NCBI GenBank assembly: GCA_963805995.1
Contig: CAWDWL010000005.1
Span: 479,509 to 543,508, forward strand
DNA: 64,000 bases
From: an uncultured Pseudomonadota bacterium
Lineage (GTDB): Bacteria; Desulfobacterota; Binatia; Binatales; Binataceae
Direction: 5' to 3'
Under the pieces are notes generated by a model that was not told where the DNA came from, ran no database searches, and worked only from the letters and a program-made list of their open reading frames with translations. The stretch's first letter is position 1; each line of letters opens with the position of its first letter. A program made the translations under genes and the position numbers. Of this stretch, positions 20,834-30,174 are shown in pieces.

Positions 20834-21591
20834 ACGTCACCTTTGCCGGGGCGCGCCGCGCGATGCTCCCGCTCCAGCATCCGGCGCGCCGCGTCGAGGT
20901 CCGCGGCGACGTCGATATCAACCACGCCGCTCAACTCGATCGCGTGGAGACGAACGCCCCATTCAACCAGTCCGCCAAGGAATTGCCGCAGCGCCGACAG
21001 CTTCAACTCACGCGCCCGGGTGCGAAAGGCAAAAATCGAGGTGGGAAGAAAATAGACCCCTGCGGTCACCAGTGAAGACTGCTCCACCCCGACCTTGCGT
21101 ATCACGCCGCCAGGTTCGACCTCGATAAACAGTGGGCGTTCGTCACCGCGCCATCGCACAACAGCCAGGGCGCCATCGGCCGCACTATCCGACTCTGACC
21201 CGGTCCGCGCAACCGCCTGCTGCGCGAAACGCTTCATTTCACCGCGGGCCAGAACCGCGTCAACCGTGGCGGCAAGAAACCCACGACCGGTCAGATGATC
21301 GGCAAGTTGAAACAGGGTCTCCATCGAATTGGGAGTGTCACGCACTACCAGCTTGAGTTGGCTGGGGAGGAGGATTGCGTCGCGCTCGATCAGCGATGCG
21401 GTTTCGGAGTTGACCACCGCGATAACGCGCTCAACTCCGGCTTCCAGCAGGGCGCGGGTCTGGCGCAGCAATAACGGTTCGTCGTCGAGCTTGACCAGCG
21501 GCTTGGGCAGATCGGGCCCTTGAGCCCGCAACCGCTCACCGTGCCCCGCCGCCAGAATCGCTCCTTCAATCCGATCCAAGACAAATCTCAA
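20830..21591 (-). CDS. sugar-/alcohol-phosphate nucleotidyltransferase (MobA/GlmU-like NTP_transferase)
   Basis: AILAAGHGERL ... KPLVKLDDEPLL signature. It overlaps the ATP-grasp start by 4 bp. Confidence 0.65.
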   Translation of the reverse strand: MRFVLDRIEGAILAAGHGERLRAQGPDLPKPLVKLDDEPLLLRQTRALLEAGVERVIAVVNSETASLIERDAILLPSQLKLVVRDTPNSMETLFQLADHLTGRGFLAATVDAVLARGEMKRFAQQAVARTGSESDSAADGALAVVRWRGDERPLFIEVEPGGVIRKVGVEQSSLVTAGVYFLPTSIFAFRTRARELKLSALRQFLGGLVEWGVRLHAIELSGVVDIDVAADLDAARRMLEREHRAARPGKGDV

Positions 21592-22303
21592 CTAATTGAT
21601 GAAGGTCGTGCACCACAAAGTCGGCGCCACGCTCCAAGGCCGCAGTGTACTCTACGGACTCAGGCGCTAACCACACGGTACGCAACCCGAGCTGGTGCGC
21701 CGGAATGCAATCCTTGCCCAGGGAGTCGCCGATCATCGCGGTCTCATACGGACGGGCATCCATCCGCGCAAGTGCCGCCAGGTAAATCGCCGGGTCCGGC
21801 TTGAAGACGCCGACCCGTGAAGAGTCGATTGCCGCCTGGACGAAAGGCGCCAGGCCCGCTTCTTCCAGGACCGCCTGGAGATTGCCATAAAAATTCGACA
21901 CCACGCCGATCTTGAAGCTCGATGCCAGCTTAGACAGCGTCGCCCGGCTGTGCTTGAAACCGGCCGCGCTCCCGGCGCAAAAACCGCCCGCTATCAGTCC
22001 CGCGGCGTCGCGAAGAGTCGGCGGCACCCGATCCGGCAGATGTTCGAGAAGATAGTCGATTTGCCAGTTCACGAGTTCGTCAAGGAGCTGGCGCAGCCCA
22101 TAGGCGTAAATGCGCTCGCCGGCCTGATAACCGCGGCGGGTGGCGTAGGAGAAGGCCGGGTCGAGCTCCTCGCGGGTCAGGTCGAGTCCTGCGGCCTGGC
22201 GATAAAGAGTCAGAAACCGGTCAAGCCAATGCGCCGCCGGCAAGTCGAGAGTGCCTCCGAAATCGAACAGCAGCGTGCCGATCTTTTTCCACGAAATTCG
22301 CAC
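21566..22303 (-). CDS. HAD superfamily hydrolase (subfamily IA-like)
   Basis: FDFGGTL motif I and HAD core motifs. It is the first gene of the 5-gene minus-strand operon. Confidence 0.6.
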   Translation of the reverse strand: MRISWKKIGTLLFDFGGTLDLPAAHWLDRFLTLYRQAAGLDLTREELDPAFSYATRRGYQAGERIYAYGLRQLLDELVNWQIDYLLEHLPDRVPPTLRDAAGLIAGGFCAGSAAGFKHSRATLSKLASSFKIGVVSNFYGNLQAVLEEAGLAPFVQAAIDSSRVGVFKPDPAIYLAALARMDARPYETAMIGDSLGKDCIPAHQLGLRTVWLAPESVEYTAALERGADFVVHDLHQLVEICLGSD

Positions 22304-22542
22304 GTAAACCAGGACCTCAACAAGGCGTCGCCAATGCGATCAGAATTTACGGATGAGATGCGGTCGAAGCCAGTTCCACTTTAAAACTATTTTTGCGGCG
22401 GCACGTGCTTGGCTCACCGCAGTTCCGACGGCGCTTGGTCGCGCCGGAAAATACCATTGTTTTGAAGGGTAAATCAGGGGTATCTTGCCTTGCCTGACCG
22501 ATTGGTCTAGTACATTGCCCTGAGCCGACCTGAAAAAAGAAA

Positions 22543-23778
22543 GTGATTTTGGATTCCAGTTCAGCCAGCCAGGAAAAGGCCCCCGTAGTGTTGATCGACG
22601 CTCCCAGCCGTGGCGCAGACCTGATTTTTGGGCGCCCGCTGCTGGAACGAATGATCAGGGTGTGCGAGCGCGCCGGGGTCGCCAACTTCTTCCTGAAATG
22701 CCCAACCCAGGAGCAGACGCGGTATAGTGCTGCTTTGGGCCGGTTCGCCGGCGACCCGCGGGTGCATTTTGTCGGCTCGTTCGATGAAGTCAAAAACCAT
22801 CTGAACGGGTCGTCCGACTCCGGCCAGGGAGTCGCGCTCAAAGGGAACATCGTCTTTTCTCTTTCGCAGTTGCGCGACCTGCTCACGCAACAGGCGAACA
22901 GCGCGGCCGAGGTAATCAAACTTCCCAGTGCCAACGGGGATCCGGCAGCGTCGGTGTCAGTTGGACCGCTAAGCGATTTGGTGGGCGCCGATGGCCGGCA
23001 ACCGGGAGCGAACGTTTTCAGCCGGCTCGACGGGCTCCCATTCGCGCTCAATGGGCATCCCGAAGACTGTCAAACCGCGGAACTCGCGATTGCCAGCACC
23101 TTGCGCCATGATACCGCCCGTACCGACGGCCTGATGGCGCGGATTTTCGACCGCAAGCTCTCGTGGCGGCTCAGCTACCGGTTAGCCAATACCTCAATTA
23201 TGCCCAACCAGGTGACGCTGGCTAACACCGCCCTGGGCTTCCTGATCGCCTGGATGTTCGCGCAACAGCCCAGCTATTGGATTCCCTTACTGGCGGCGGC
23301 GCTGTTCGTAATCTCAATCACGATCGACGGCGTTGACGGGGAACTGGCCCGGCTCAAGTTGGCGGAGACCAAGGCGGGGGCGCGGCTGGACGCGATCACC
23401 GACAACATCGTCCATATCGCGATTTTTCTCGGAATCGGCCTCGGCAGTTATCGCGTCGCGCACAATCCCGCCTACGTCTATGTCTTAATCGCGTTTTTGC
23501 TCGGATTCGGATGTTGCGCAATTTCGGTCAATCGGGCGATGAGCGTTTCGGCGCAGGGGGCGGAGACTTTCATCCGCAAAGTCGATCGCATGACCGGACG
23601 CGATTTCGCGTACCTGGTGTTGTTTTTGGCACTGATTAATCGGCTGCACTATTTCATAATCGGCGCGGCAATTGGCACTTATCTCTTCGCGGGTGGGTTG
23701 TGGTGGTTAACCAACAAGTGGACCCGCGAGAACGCCGCGCTTCTAACCGGTGGGGATCGGCTTGCGGAGGGCCTATGA
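22543..23778 (+). CDS. fusion protein with an N-terminal degenerate nucleotidyltransferase-like domain and a C-terminal CDP-alcohol phosphatidyltransferase
   Basis: C-terminal DGVDGELARLK...GARLDAITD CDP-OH-P-transferase motif on a multi-transmembrane segment. N-terminal VVLIDAPSRGADLIFGRPLLERMI is MobA-like but lacks GxGxR. Confidence 0.7.
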   Translation: MILDSSSASQEKAPVVLIDAPSRGADLIFGRPLLERMIRVCERAGVANFFLKCPTQEQTRYSAALGRFAGDPRVHFVGSFDEVKNHLNGSSDSGQGVALKGNIVFSLSQLRDLLTQQANSAAEVIKLPSANGDPAASVSVGPLSDLVGADGRQPGANVFSRLDGLPFALNGHPEDCQTAELAIASTLRHDTARTDGLMARIFDRKLSWRLSYRLANTSIMPNQVTLANTALGFLIAWMFAQQPSYWIPLLAAALFVISITIDGVDGELARLKLAETKAGARLDAITDNIVHIAIFLGIGLGSYRVAHNPAYVYVLIAFLLGFGCCAISVNRAMSVSAQGAETFIRKVDRMTGRDFAYLVLFLALINRLHYFIIGAAIGTYLFAGGLWWLTNKWTRENAALLTGGDRLAEGL

Positions 23779-25100
23779 AAAAGCCACGTATCCTTCTCAT
23801 TCAACCGACAACGGTTCATCTCGACGGCACGCCACATAAGACCCGCTGGCGGCTGATCATGGGGCTGATGATCCCGCTGGTCGCGGGTCTGACCCCCGAC
23901 GACTTCGACGTCACCCTGTGCGATGAGCGGCTGGAGGACGTCGATTTCGACGCAGGCTGGGACCTGGTCGGAATGACGACCACGATCGGCGCCTCGTTGC
24001 GCGCCTATCAACTGGGCGATGAGTTCCGCAAACGCGGCGTCCCGGTGGTCTTCGGCGGGTTTCATGCCACGCTCCAAACCGAGGAGGCGCTCAAACACTG
24101 CGACGCGGTGATCCAGGGCGAAGCCGACCTGGTATGGGAACCGCTGCTGCGCGACTGGCAGGACGGCAAGCTCAAGCAGGTGTACAAAGCCGACAAGCTG
24201 CACGACCTCAAGAACCTGCCGCGTCCGCGCCACGAACTGCTCAAACTCAACCGCTACCTGTTCAAGGCGGTTCCGATCCAGGCCAGCCGCGGATGCCCCT
24301 ATCGATGCTCATTCTGCGAGATTCCGGTGTTCTATGAGGGCGCTTACCGGACGCGGCCGATCGAGGACATCGTCGAGGAAATCAAGCAGGTCGTCAAAAT
24401 TACCGGCATCCGCCGGTTCCAGTTTATCGACGACCAGATCACCGGCAAGCATAAGTTCGCGCGCGAACTGTTCCGCGCCCTGGAGCCGCTGAATATCCGC
24501 TTCGCATGCCTGTGGACAATCAATTCCAACCACGACGACGAACTGCTCGATTTGGCGGCCAAGGCCGGCATTTTCCATGTCAACATCGGGGTGGAATCGA
24601 TCAGCCAGGACAGCCTGCTGTCGATGAACAAGATCCAGAACCACGCCAATCAGTATAAGAAGCTGCTCGAGAAGATGCGCAAGTACGGCATCTACTACTC
24701 GCTCAACTTCCTGTTTGGCCTGGAAAACGACCATCCCCAGATTTTCGACGACACCCTCAAGTTCCTCCACGAGGTCAAGGCCCCCGAAGCGTTCTTCAAC
24801 ACAGTGACCCCGCGCAAAGGCACGCCGATGCGCACGCAGTTGGAAGACGAGGGCCGCGTGATCATCCCCGACGCGGACATGTACACCAATAACTTCCGCT
24901 GCATGTTCGTGCCCAAGAATCTCTCACCGATGGAAGTCGAAGAGGGCGTGTGGCGCTGCACCACCGAGTTCTACTCGCTCAAGTCGATGTTCAAGCGCCT
25001 GCTGATGCCGCCCGGGCCATTCACCTGGCAGGGCCTGACCGAGAACATGCTCTTCTACTTTGGGGCCAAGCGGCGCATCGACCCGGTCGATTATTATTAA
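23775..25100 (+). CDS. B12-binding-domain radical SAM enzyme (class B; HpnJ-like architecture)
   Basis: N-terminal cobalamin-binding domain (RILLIQP..., VVFGGFHAT) and an ASRGCPYRCSFCE CxxxCxxC motif. ATG at 23775 overlaps the upstream stop in an ATGA arrangement. Confidence 0.85.
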   Translation: MKKPRILLIQPTTVHLDGTPHKTRWRLIMGLMIPLVAGLTPDDFDVTLCDERLEDVDFDAGWDLVGMTTTIGASLRAYQLGDEFRKRGVPVVFGGFHATLQTEEALKHCDAVIQGEADLVWEPLLRDWQDGKLKQVYKADKLHDLKNLPRPRHELLKLNRYLFKAVPIQASRGCPYRCSFCEIPVFYEGAYRTRPIEDIVEEIKQVVKITGIRRFQFIDDQITGKHKFARELFRALEPLNIRFACLWTINSNHDDELLDLAAKAGIFHVNIGVESISQDSLLSMNKIQNHANQYKKLLEKMRKYGIYYSLNFLFGLENDHPQIFDDTLKFLHEVKAPEAFFNTVTPRKGTPMRTQLEDEGRVIIPDADMYTNNFRCMFVPKNLSPMEVEEGVWRCTTEFYSLKSMFKRLLMPPGPFTWQGLTENMLFYFGAKRRIDPVDYY

Positions 25101-25133
25101 GCCGTCTGAGCCGATTCTCTCCCGGTCTTTTTT

Positions 25134-25168
25134 CCTCTCCCACATTGGTTCGTGGGAGAGGTTTTTTT
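25134..25168 (+). terminator. rho-independent terminator: stem CCTCTCCCAC / GTGGGAGAGG, 8-nt loop, T7 run
   Basis: Perfect 10-bp GC-rich inverted repeat followed by TTTTTTT, 34 bp after the radical SAM stop. Confidence 0.65.
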
Positions 25169-25272
25169 GGTCGCGAAAGCTCGCTCCGGTCCTGCCCTTC
25201 CCGATTCTCGGGCGGGAGAAGAAGGCCAGGGACCTCGCCTCCCCATCCTGCTGATTCGCCAAGCAACCGATA

Positions 25273-25281
25273 TGCTATAGT
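25273..25281 (+). promoter_or_regulatory. candidate extended -10 promoter element (TGcTATAGT)
   Basis: TGnTATAGT lies about 80 bp upstream of the lipoprotein ATG. There is no good -35 element. Confidence 0.3.
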
Positions 25282-25362
25282 GCGTGGCGACGCCGGTTGA
25301 TGTGGCGTCTCCAGGATTATGCGCGCGGTTGCCGTTTTGCCGGTGGCGCGACCGGAGTGACG

Positions 25363-26034
25363 ATGGGCGCCCACGATTTGCGCAAATGGTCTTTACTCAT
25401 TGTGGCTTTGGTCCTTTCCGCTTGCGGAATTGCATGGCCGCCGCTGAAGGAAACTCCCAAGGTCGTACCCACCCCGATTGATGGCGAGTTTTCGGTGGTG
25501 ACGCAGGCCGAACATCCAGTCGGGGACCTGATTCCGGTTTACGTTTCAATCGCCAACGGCACCGATGAAGGCCGGACGGTCCATCCGAGCCAGGTCTTTG
25601 CGCTCAACGAGTACGGTCAAAGAGTCGCTCCGGTTCCACCAACCGAAGCGGCGCGCCAGGCGGGTAACGCAGGCGCGCTGAAGGCCGCCTTGGCGAGTTC
25701 CGCCGCCGGTGGAGCGGCTGAAGGAGCATTCGGCGCGGCAGTTGGGGCGCTCGCCGGTCTCGCCTTGGGCGGAGTGGGTCCGGGGGCTGCCGTGGGAGGT
25801 GCGGTGGGCGCCGCTCAAGGCGCATTGTGGAGCGCTCCGATGGGCCAGGCACAAGCGCAAGGCCAGGCCAATGCGCAAATCCAGGGGCTGGCACTGGGCG
25901 ACAGCGAAGTGCGCAAGGACTTCACCATCAGCGGCTATGTCTTCTTCCCCAAGGGCGCCTACAAAAACGTGGAGATGCTGGTGGTCAACAACGAGACCGG
26001 CTCGACCGAGACCGTAACCCTGCCCTGGCGCTGA
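25363..26034 (+). CDS. lipoprotein with a glycine-zipper segment
   Basis: Signal peptide plus lipobox (LLIVALVLSAC|G) and a Gly/Ala-rich GxxxG repeat (GAFGAAVGALAGLALGGVGPGAAVGGAVGAAQGA). Confidence 0.5.
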   Translation: MGAHDLRKWSLLIVALVLSACGIAWPPLKETPKVVPTPIDGEFSVVTQAEHPVGDLIPVYVSIANGTDEGRTVHPSQVFALNEYGQRVAPVPPTEAARQAGNAGALKAALASSAAGGAAEGAFGAAVGALAGLALGGVGPGAAVGGAVGAAQGALWSAPMGQAQAQGQANAQIQGLALGDSEVRKDFTISGYVFFPKGAYKNVEMLVVNNETGSTETVTLPWR

Positions 26035-26104
26035 GCCGGCCTGTGAGTCAGTTCTCTTTTCTTCTGGCACAGGCTTGCAGCCTCTGATTTTGGACCTTTC
26101 AGAT

Positions 26105-26946
26105 TCAGACCTTTCCGATCAAATCGCGCTGCGACGCTTGGATGAACTCCAGCACCCCGGCCTCGTCGCGGGCGCGTGTGAACAGCACGATGCGATTGAT
26201 GCCCAGGCCGGCAAACTGCTTCGCCACTTCCAAATCCACCTTGCCCTTGGGCGTCACACTAATTTCGATTTGGTCAAAGGACCGGCCAAATCGCTCGCAG
26301 GCCTTTTTGATTCCATCGATATAGCCGGCGGTCCGATCGCGATCGAGCCCGAAGCCAAACCAGCCGTCGCCCAGGCGCGCCGTGCGGCTGAAGGCATACA
26401 CCGAGTTGCCGCCGAAGATGATCGGCGGACAAGGTTTCTGCACCGGACGCGGCTCCGCGCGCACGCCCGCAAAGGATACATAGCGGCCCTGGTACTCGGA
26501 CTTCTCCATCGTCCAGATCGCCCTCATCGCACCGACATATTCCTCGGCGCGTTTGCCCTTGTGATCGAACGGCACGCCGAGCGCGTTGTACTCCACTTCC
26601 AGCGAGCCGATGCCGAATCCGCAAATCAGGCGCCCGCCCGAGACCACATCGACTGAGGCCAGCTCCTTGGCCAACACCAGCGGATTGCGCTGCGGCAGAA
26701 TTATGATGCCGGTGGCAAGCTTGATCGTGCGCGTATGGCCCGCCACGAAGGCCAGGGCTACGGCGGAATCGACAAACGGCACCTCCGGCGGCATCGGCGA
26801 GGGTGGCGTTTGAGGGTCAGCCAGCACGATATGCTCGCCGGTCCAAAGGCTGTCGAAGCCCGCATCCTCGGCGGCGCGCGCGACCCGGGCCGCAGTCGCC
26901 GGATGGTCGCAGGGCCGCATGTTGATTCCGAATAATCCGAACTTCA
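26105..26946 (-). CDS. luciferase-like monooxygenase (LLM) class flavin/F420-dependent oxidoreductase
   Basis: MKFGLFGINM...AEDAGFDSLWTGEH LLM signature. The start is set at the internal ATG at 26946; the ORF track extends it to 27070. Confidence 0.7.
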
Positions 26947-27166
26947 TGGCTCTGCCACTAACACGAAATCGCGCCGGCTTAAACTCGTGCCGGTCTTTCC
27001 CCACGACCAAGGATGACCGTCTGGAAAGGCTGCGCCACATCCGGAAAATCCGATCCCGTGGGACAGACATTTCAGCCGGTCATGCCATTTTATGCGCTTT
27101 GCCTTGGGGACTCTGTCGACAACTGCGCGGCTTTGGGTTTGATCACGCTGCCGGGCCGTACCCATA

Positions 27167-27835
27167 ATGGCGCTGAAGTCCGAGGAGCCGGGAGACGCAT
27201 CAGTGAAGAGGCGAGCCGACCTGCGCTACGAGCGCAAACTGTGGCAGAGCGGAACCCCAGCGGTGGCCGGAGTGGATGAGGCGGGCGTGGGTCCGATGGC
27301 CGGTCCGGTGGTCGCAGCGGCGGTGATTTTCTCACCCGAAACCTTCATCAAAGGAGTCCACGACTCCAAGCAGGTTCCCGCCCCCAAGCGTGAGGAACTC
27401 TACGAGGCGATCACCGCACGCGCGCTCGCGTTCGCAATCGGGGTGGCCGAAGTCGACGAAATCGACCGCCTGAACATCTACCATGCGACGCTTGCCGCCA
27501 GCCTGAGAGCGGTTGAGGGGCTGGGCCTGAAACCTGGGCATGTGCTGGTGGACGGACGCCGGTTGCGGGCGTTGACCATACCGCAGACCCATATCGTGGG
27601 CGGCGACCGTAAAAGCTTCTGCATCGCCGCCGCCTCCATCATCGCCAAGGTGACGCGGGATCGGCTCATGTGCGCGTACGACGAGCGCTATCCAGGCTAC
27701 GGCTTTGCGCGTCACAAGGGCTACTGCACGGCGGAGCATTTCGAGGCGATCGGGCGCCTGGGGCCATCGCCGATCCATCGCACCTCGTTCGCGCCAGTCA
27801 GCGCCGCGGCGCAGCTCAACTTGAGGTTCATCTGA
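27167..27835 (+). CDS. rnhB: ribonuclease HII
   Basis: AGVDEAGVGPMAGPVVAAAV catalytic motif (DEAGRG type) and the full RNase HII fold. Confidence 0.85.
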   Translation: MALKSEEPGDASVKRRADLRYERKLWQSGTPAVAGVDEAGVGPMAGPVVAAAVIFSPETFIKGVHDSKQVPAPKREELYEAITARALAFAIGVAEVDEIDRLNIYHATLAASLRAVEGLGLKPGHVLVDGRRLRALTIPQTHIVGGDRKSFCIAAASIIAKVTRDRLMCAYDERYPGYGFARHKGYCTAEHFEAIGRLGPSPIHRTSFAPVSAAAQLNLRFI

Positions 27836-28048
27836 ACCCGCACGCTGGCCGTAGCGGCTTGTTTGCACAATCGCGACTGGTTTTTTTGGACGCCGCAGGA
27901 TTTAACCGGCGCGCTCTACAATCGGGGGCCGGGGTCGCGATACAATGGATAGCGTTGGCGGCGGGATGCTTCCTGCACAAAAATGAGTGGTTCCTGGAAA
28001 ATCCCGCCAGCCCGCTGGTTTGAGTGCGACTGACGAAAGGAGCAACGA

Positions 28049-29458
28049 GTGGCGAACAACCGCTACGACCTGGCAGTTATCGGAACCGGACCCGGGGGCT
28101 ATGAGGCGGCCATTCGCGCCAGCCAGCTCAAAATGCGGGTCTGCGCGATCGAGCGCGACCGCCCCGGCGGCGTATGCCTCAACTGGGGATGCATCCCGTC
28201 CAAATCGCTGCTCAATTCCGCCGAGACCATGGAGTTGATCAGGGGCGCCGGCAAGGAGCATGGGATCCAGACCGGCGAAGTGAGTTTCGACTTCAAGCGC
28301 GTGATCCAGCGCAGCCGCGAGGCCGCCGACAAGCTCTCGCGCGGAGTCCGCTTTCTGTTTCGCAAGAACAATATCGATCTGTTTGAGGCCAGCGCGGCCT
28401 TCGCCGGTCCGCAGACGCTGAATCTCTCACGCAGCGACGGTAAGCCGCCGGCCGCGCCCACCCTCGAGGCCGAGCGGATCCTGATCGCGACCGGGTCCCG
28501 CGAGCGGCTCTTCCCCGGCATGACCATCGGCGATGGAATGCTGACCAGCCACGAAGCCCTGGTTTACGACCAGCTTCCGGAAAGCGTCGCGGTAATCGGC
28601 GCCGGCGCCGTGGGGCTGGAGTTCGCCTATTTTTATCAAGCCTTCGGCGCCAAGGTCACGGTCATCGAACTGGAACAGCAGATGCTGCCCGGGTGCGACG
28701 CCGAGGTCGCCGAAGAACTGCGCCGCGCCTTTCTCAAGCGCAAGGTCGAGGTGCTGCTCGGCCACGGCTACAAATCGGCCGCGCGCCGCGGCGATCGATG
28801 GATCGTGACCCTCGACCACGGCGGCCAGAGCAAAACCGTTGAAGCCGAACTGGTGCTGGTCGCGGTCGGCCGCTTACCCAACAGCGAAGGCCTGGGCCTG
28901 GACCGGATCGGAGTCGAACTCGAACGAGGCGGATTCATCAAAGTCAACGATTCGTTCCGCACCACCCACGAGAGCATTTATGCGATCGGCGACGTGATCC
29001 GGCCGCCGTTGCTGGCGCATAAGGCGTCTGGCGAAGGTATCGCCGCGGTTGAGATCATGGCCGGAGAGCGCGAGCCCGGCTTCGACCTGACGAACGTCCC
29101 GGCCTGCGTCTATTGCGAGCCCGAAGTCGCCACGATCGGGATGACCGAGGCCGCGGCCAAGGCCGCCGGAATCGAGGTGAAGGTCGGCAAATTTCCCTTC
29201 CGCGCCAACGGCAAAGCGGTCGCCGTCAATCATGTCGAAGGCTTCGTAAAGCTGGTGGCCGGCAAGAAATATGGTGAAGTGCTCGGATGCCAGATCATCG
29301 GACATGGCGCAACCGACATGATCGCCGAGGTCGCGCTGGGCAAGACCCTGGAGGCCACCACGCTCGAATTCGGCCGCACCTCCCATCCGCATCCCACGAT
29401 TTCCGAGGCGATCATGGAGGCGGCGCTCGCCGCCGACGGCGAGGCGATCAACTTCTGA
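28049..29458 (+). CDS. lpdA: dihydrolipoyl dehydrogenase
   Basis: YDLAVIGTGPGGY FAD motif, redox-active CLNWGCIPSK disulfide, and a C-terminal HPHPTISE dimerisation motif. Confidence 0.9.
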   Translation: MANNRYDLAVIGTGPGGYEAAIRASQLKMRVCAIERDRPGGVCLNWGCIPSKSLLNSAETMELIRGAGKEHGIQTGEVSFDFKRVIQRSREAADKLSRGVRFLFRKNNIDLFEASAAFAGPQTLNLSRSDGKPPAAPTLEAERILIATGSRERLFPGMTIGDGMLTSHEALVYDQLPESVAVIGAGAVGLEFAYFYQAFGAKVTVIELEQQMLPGCDAEVAEELRRAFLKRKVEVLLGHGYKSAARRGDRWIVTLDHGGQSKTVEAELVLVAVGRLPNSEGLGLDRIGVELERGGFIKVNDSFRTTHESIYAIGDVIRPPLLAHKASGEGIAAVEIMAGEREPGFDLTNVPACVYCEPEVATIGMTEAAAKAAGIEVKVGKFPFRANGKAVAVNHVEGFVKLVAGKKYGEVLGCQIIGHGATDMIAEVALGKTLEATTLEFGRTSHPHPTISEAIMEAALAADGEAINF

Positions 29459-29485
29459 GCGCGGACGAAGCGATGAGTTGGCCAG

Positions 29486-30172
29486 ATGGACGCTAGGACA
29501 ACGCTGGGGACGGCCTGGCTCGGTACGGTTGAGTATGAGCCGGCACTGCGCCTTCAGGACGCGATGGTCGAGGCTCGCCAATCAGGAGCAATCTGCGACA
29601 CATTGTTGCTGCTGGAGCATCCGCACGTCTATACGCTGGGACGCGGCGCCGCGGAGCGCTTCGTGGTGGCGCCGCCAGCGGGCGTCCCGATTTACCGAGT
29701 TTCACGCGGCGGGCAGGTTACCTATCACGGCCCCGGGCAATTGATCGCCTATCCGATCCTGAAGCTGGACGGCCCCGCCCGCGACATCCACGCCTATTTG
29801 CGGGCGCTGGAAGACGTAATCATCCGGACCCTGAGCGCTTGCGCAATCGGCGCGCAGCGCCGCATCGGACTGACCGGTGCCTGGGTGGGGCAGCGCAAGA
29901 TCGCGTCGATTGGGGTCGGCATCCGGCGCTGGACCACCCTGCATGGGCTGGCGCTCAACGTAAACCCCGACCTCAGTTTCTTCGATCACATTGTGCCGTG
30001 CGGCATCGAGGGCTGCGCGATGACCTCGATCGCGGGGGAAGGCCGCACAGGTGACAACCGCGGACGCGGCGCGATTGTTGACCAGCCAATTCGCGGCGGT
30101 ATTCGGTTATCAATCCCGCAAGACGGTAAACTCAACCGAGCTTTGGAGTATACTCAATTCGTCCGCGCCTGA
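29486..30172 (+). CDS. lipB: octanoyl-[ACP]:protein N-octanoyltransferase
   Basis: LipB signature RGGQVTYHGPGQLIAYPIL with catalytic Lys and Cys regions. Confidence 0.85.
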   Translation: MDARTTLGTAWLGTVEYEPALRLQDAMVEARQSGAICDTLLLLEHPHVYTLGRGAAERFVVAPPAGVPIYRVSRGGQVTYHGPGQLIAYPILKLDGPARDIHAYLRALEDVIIRTLSACAIGAQRRIGLTGAWVGQRKIASIGVGIRRWTTLHGLALNVNPDLSFFDHIVPCGIEGCAMTSIAGEGRTGDNRGRGAIVDQPIRGGIRLSIPQDGKLNRALEYTQFVRA

Positions 30173-30174
30173 GA

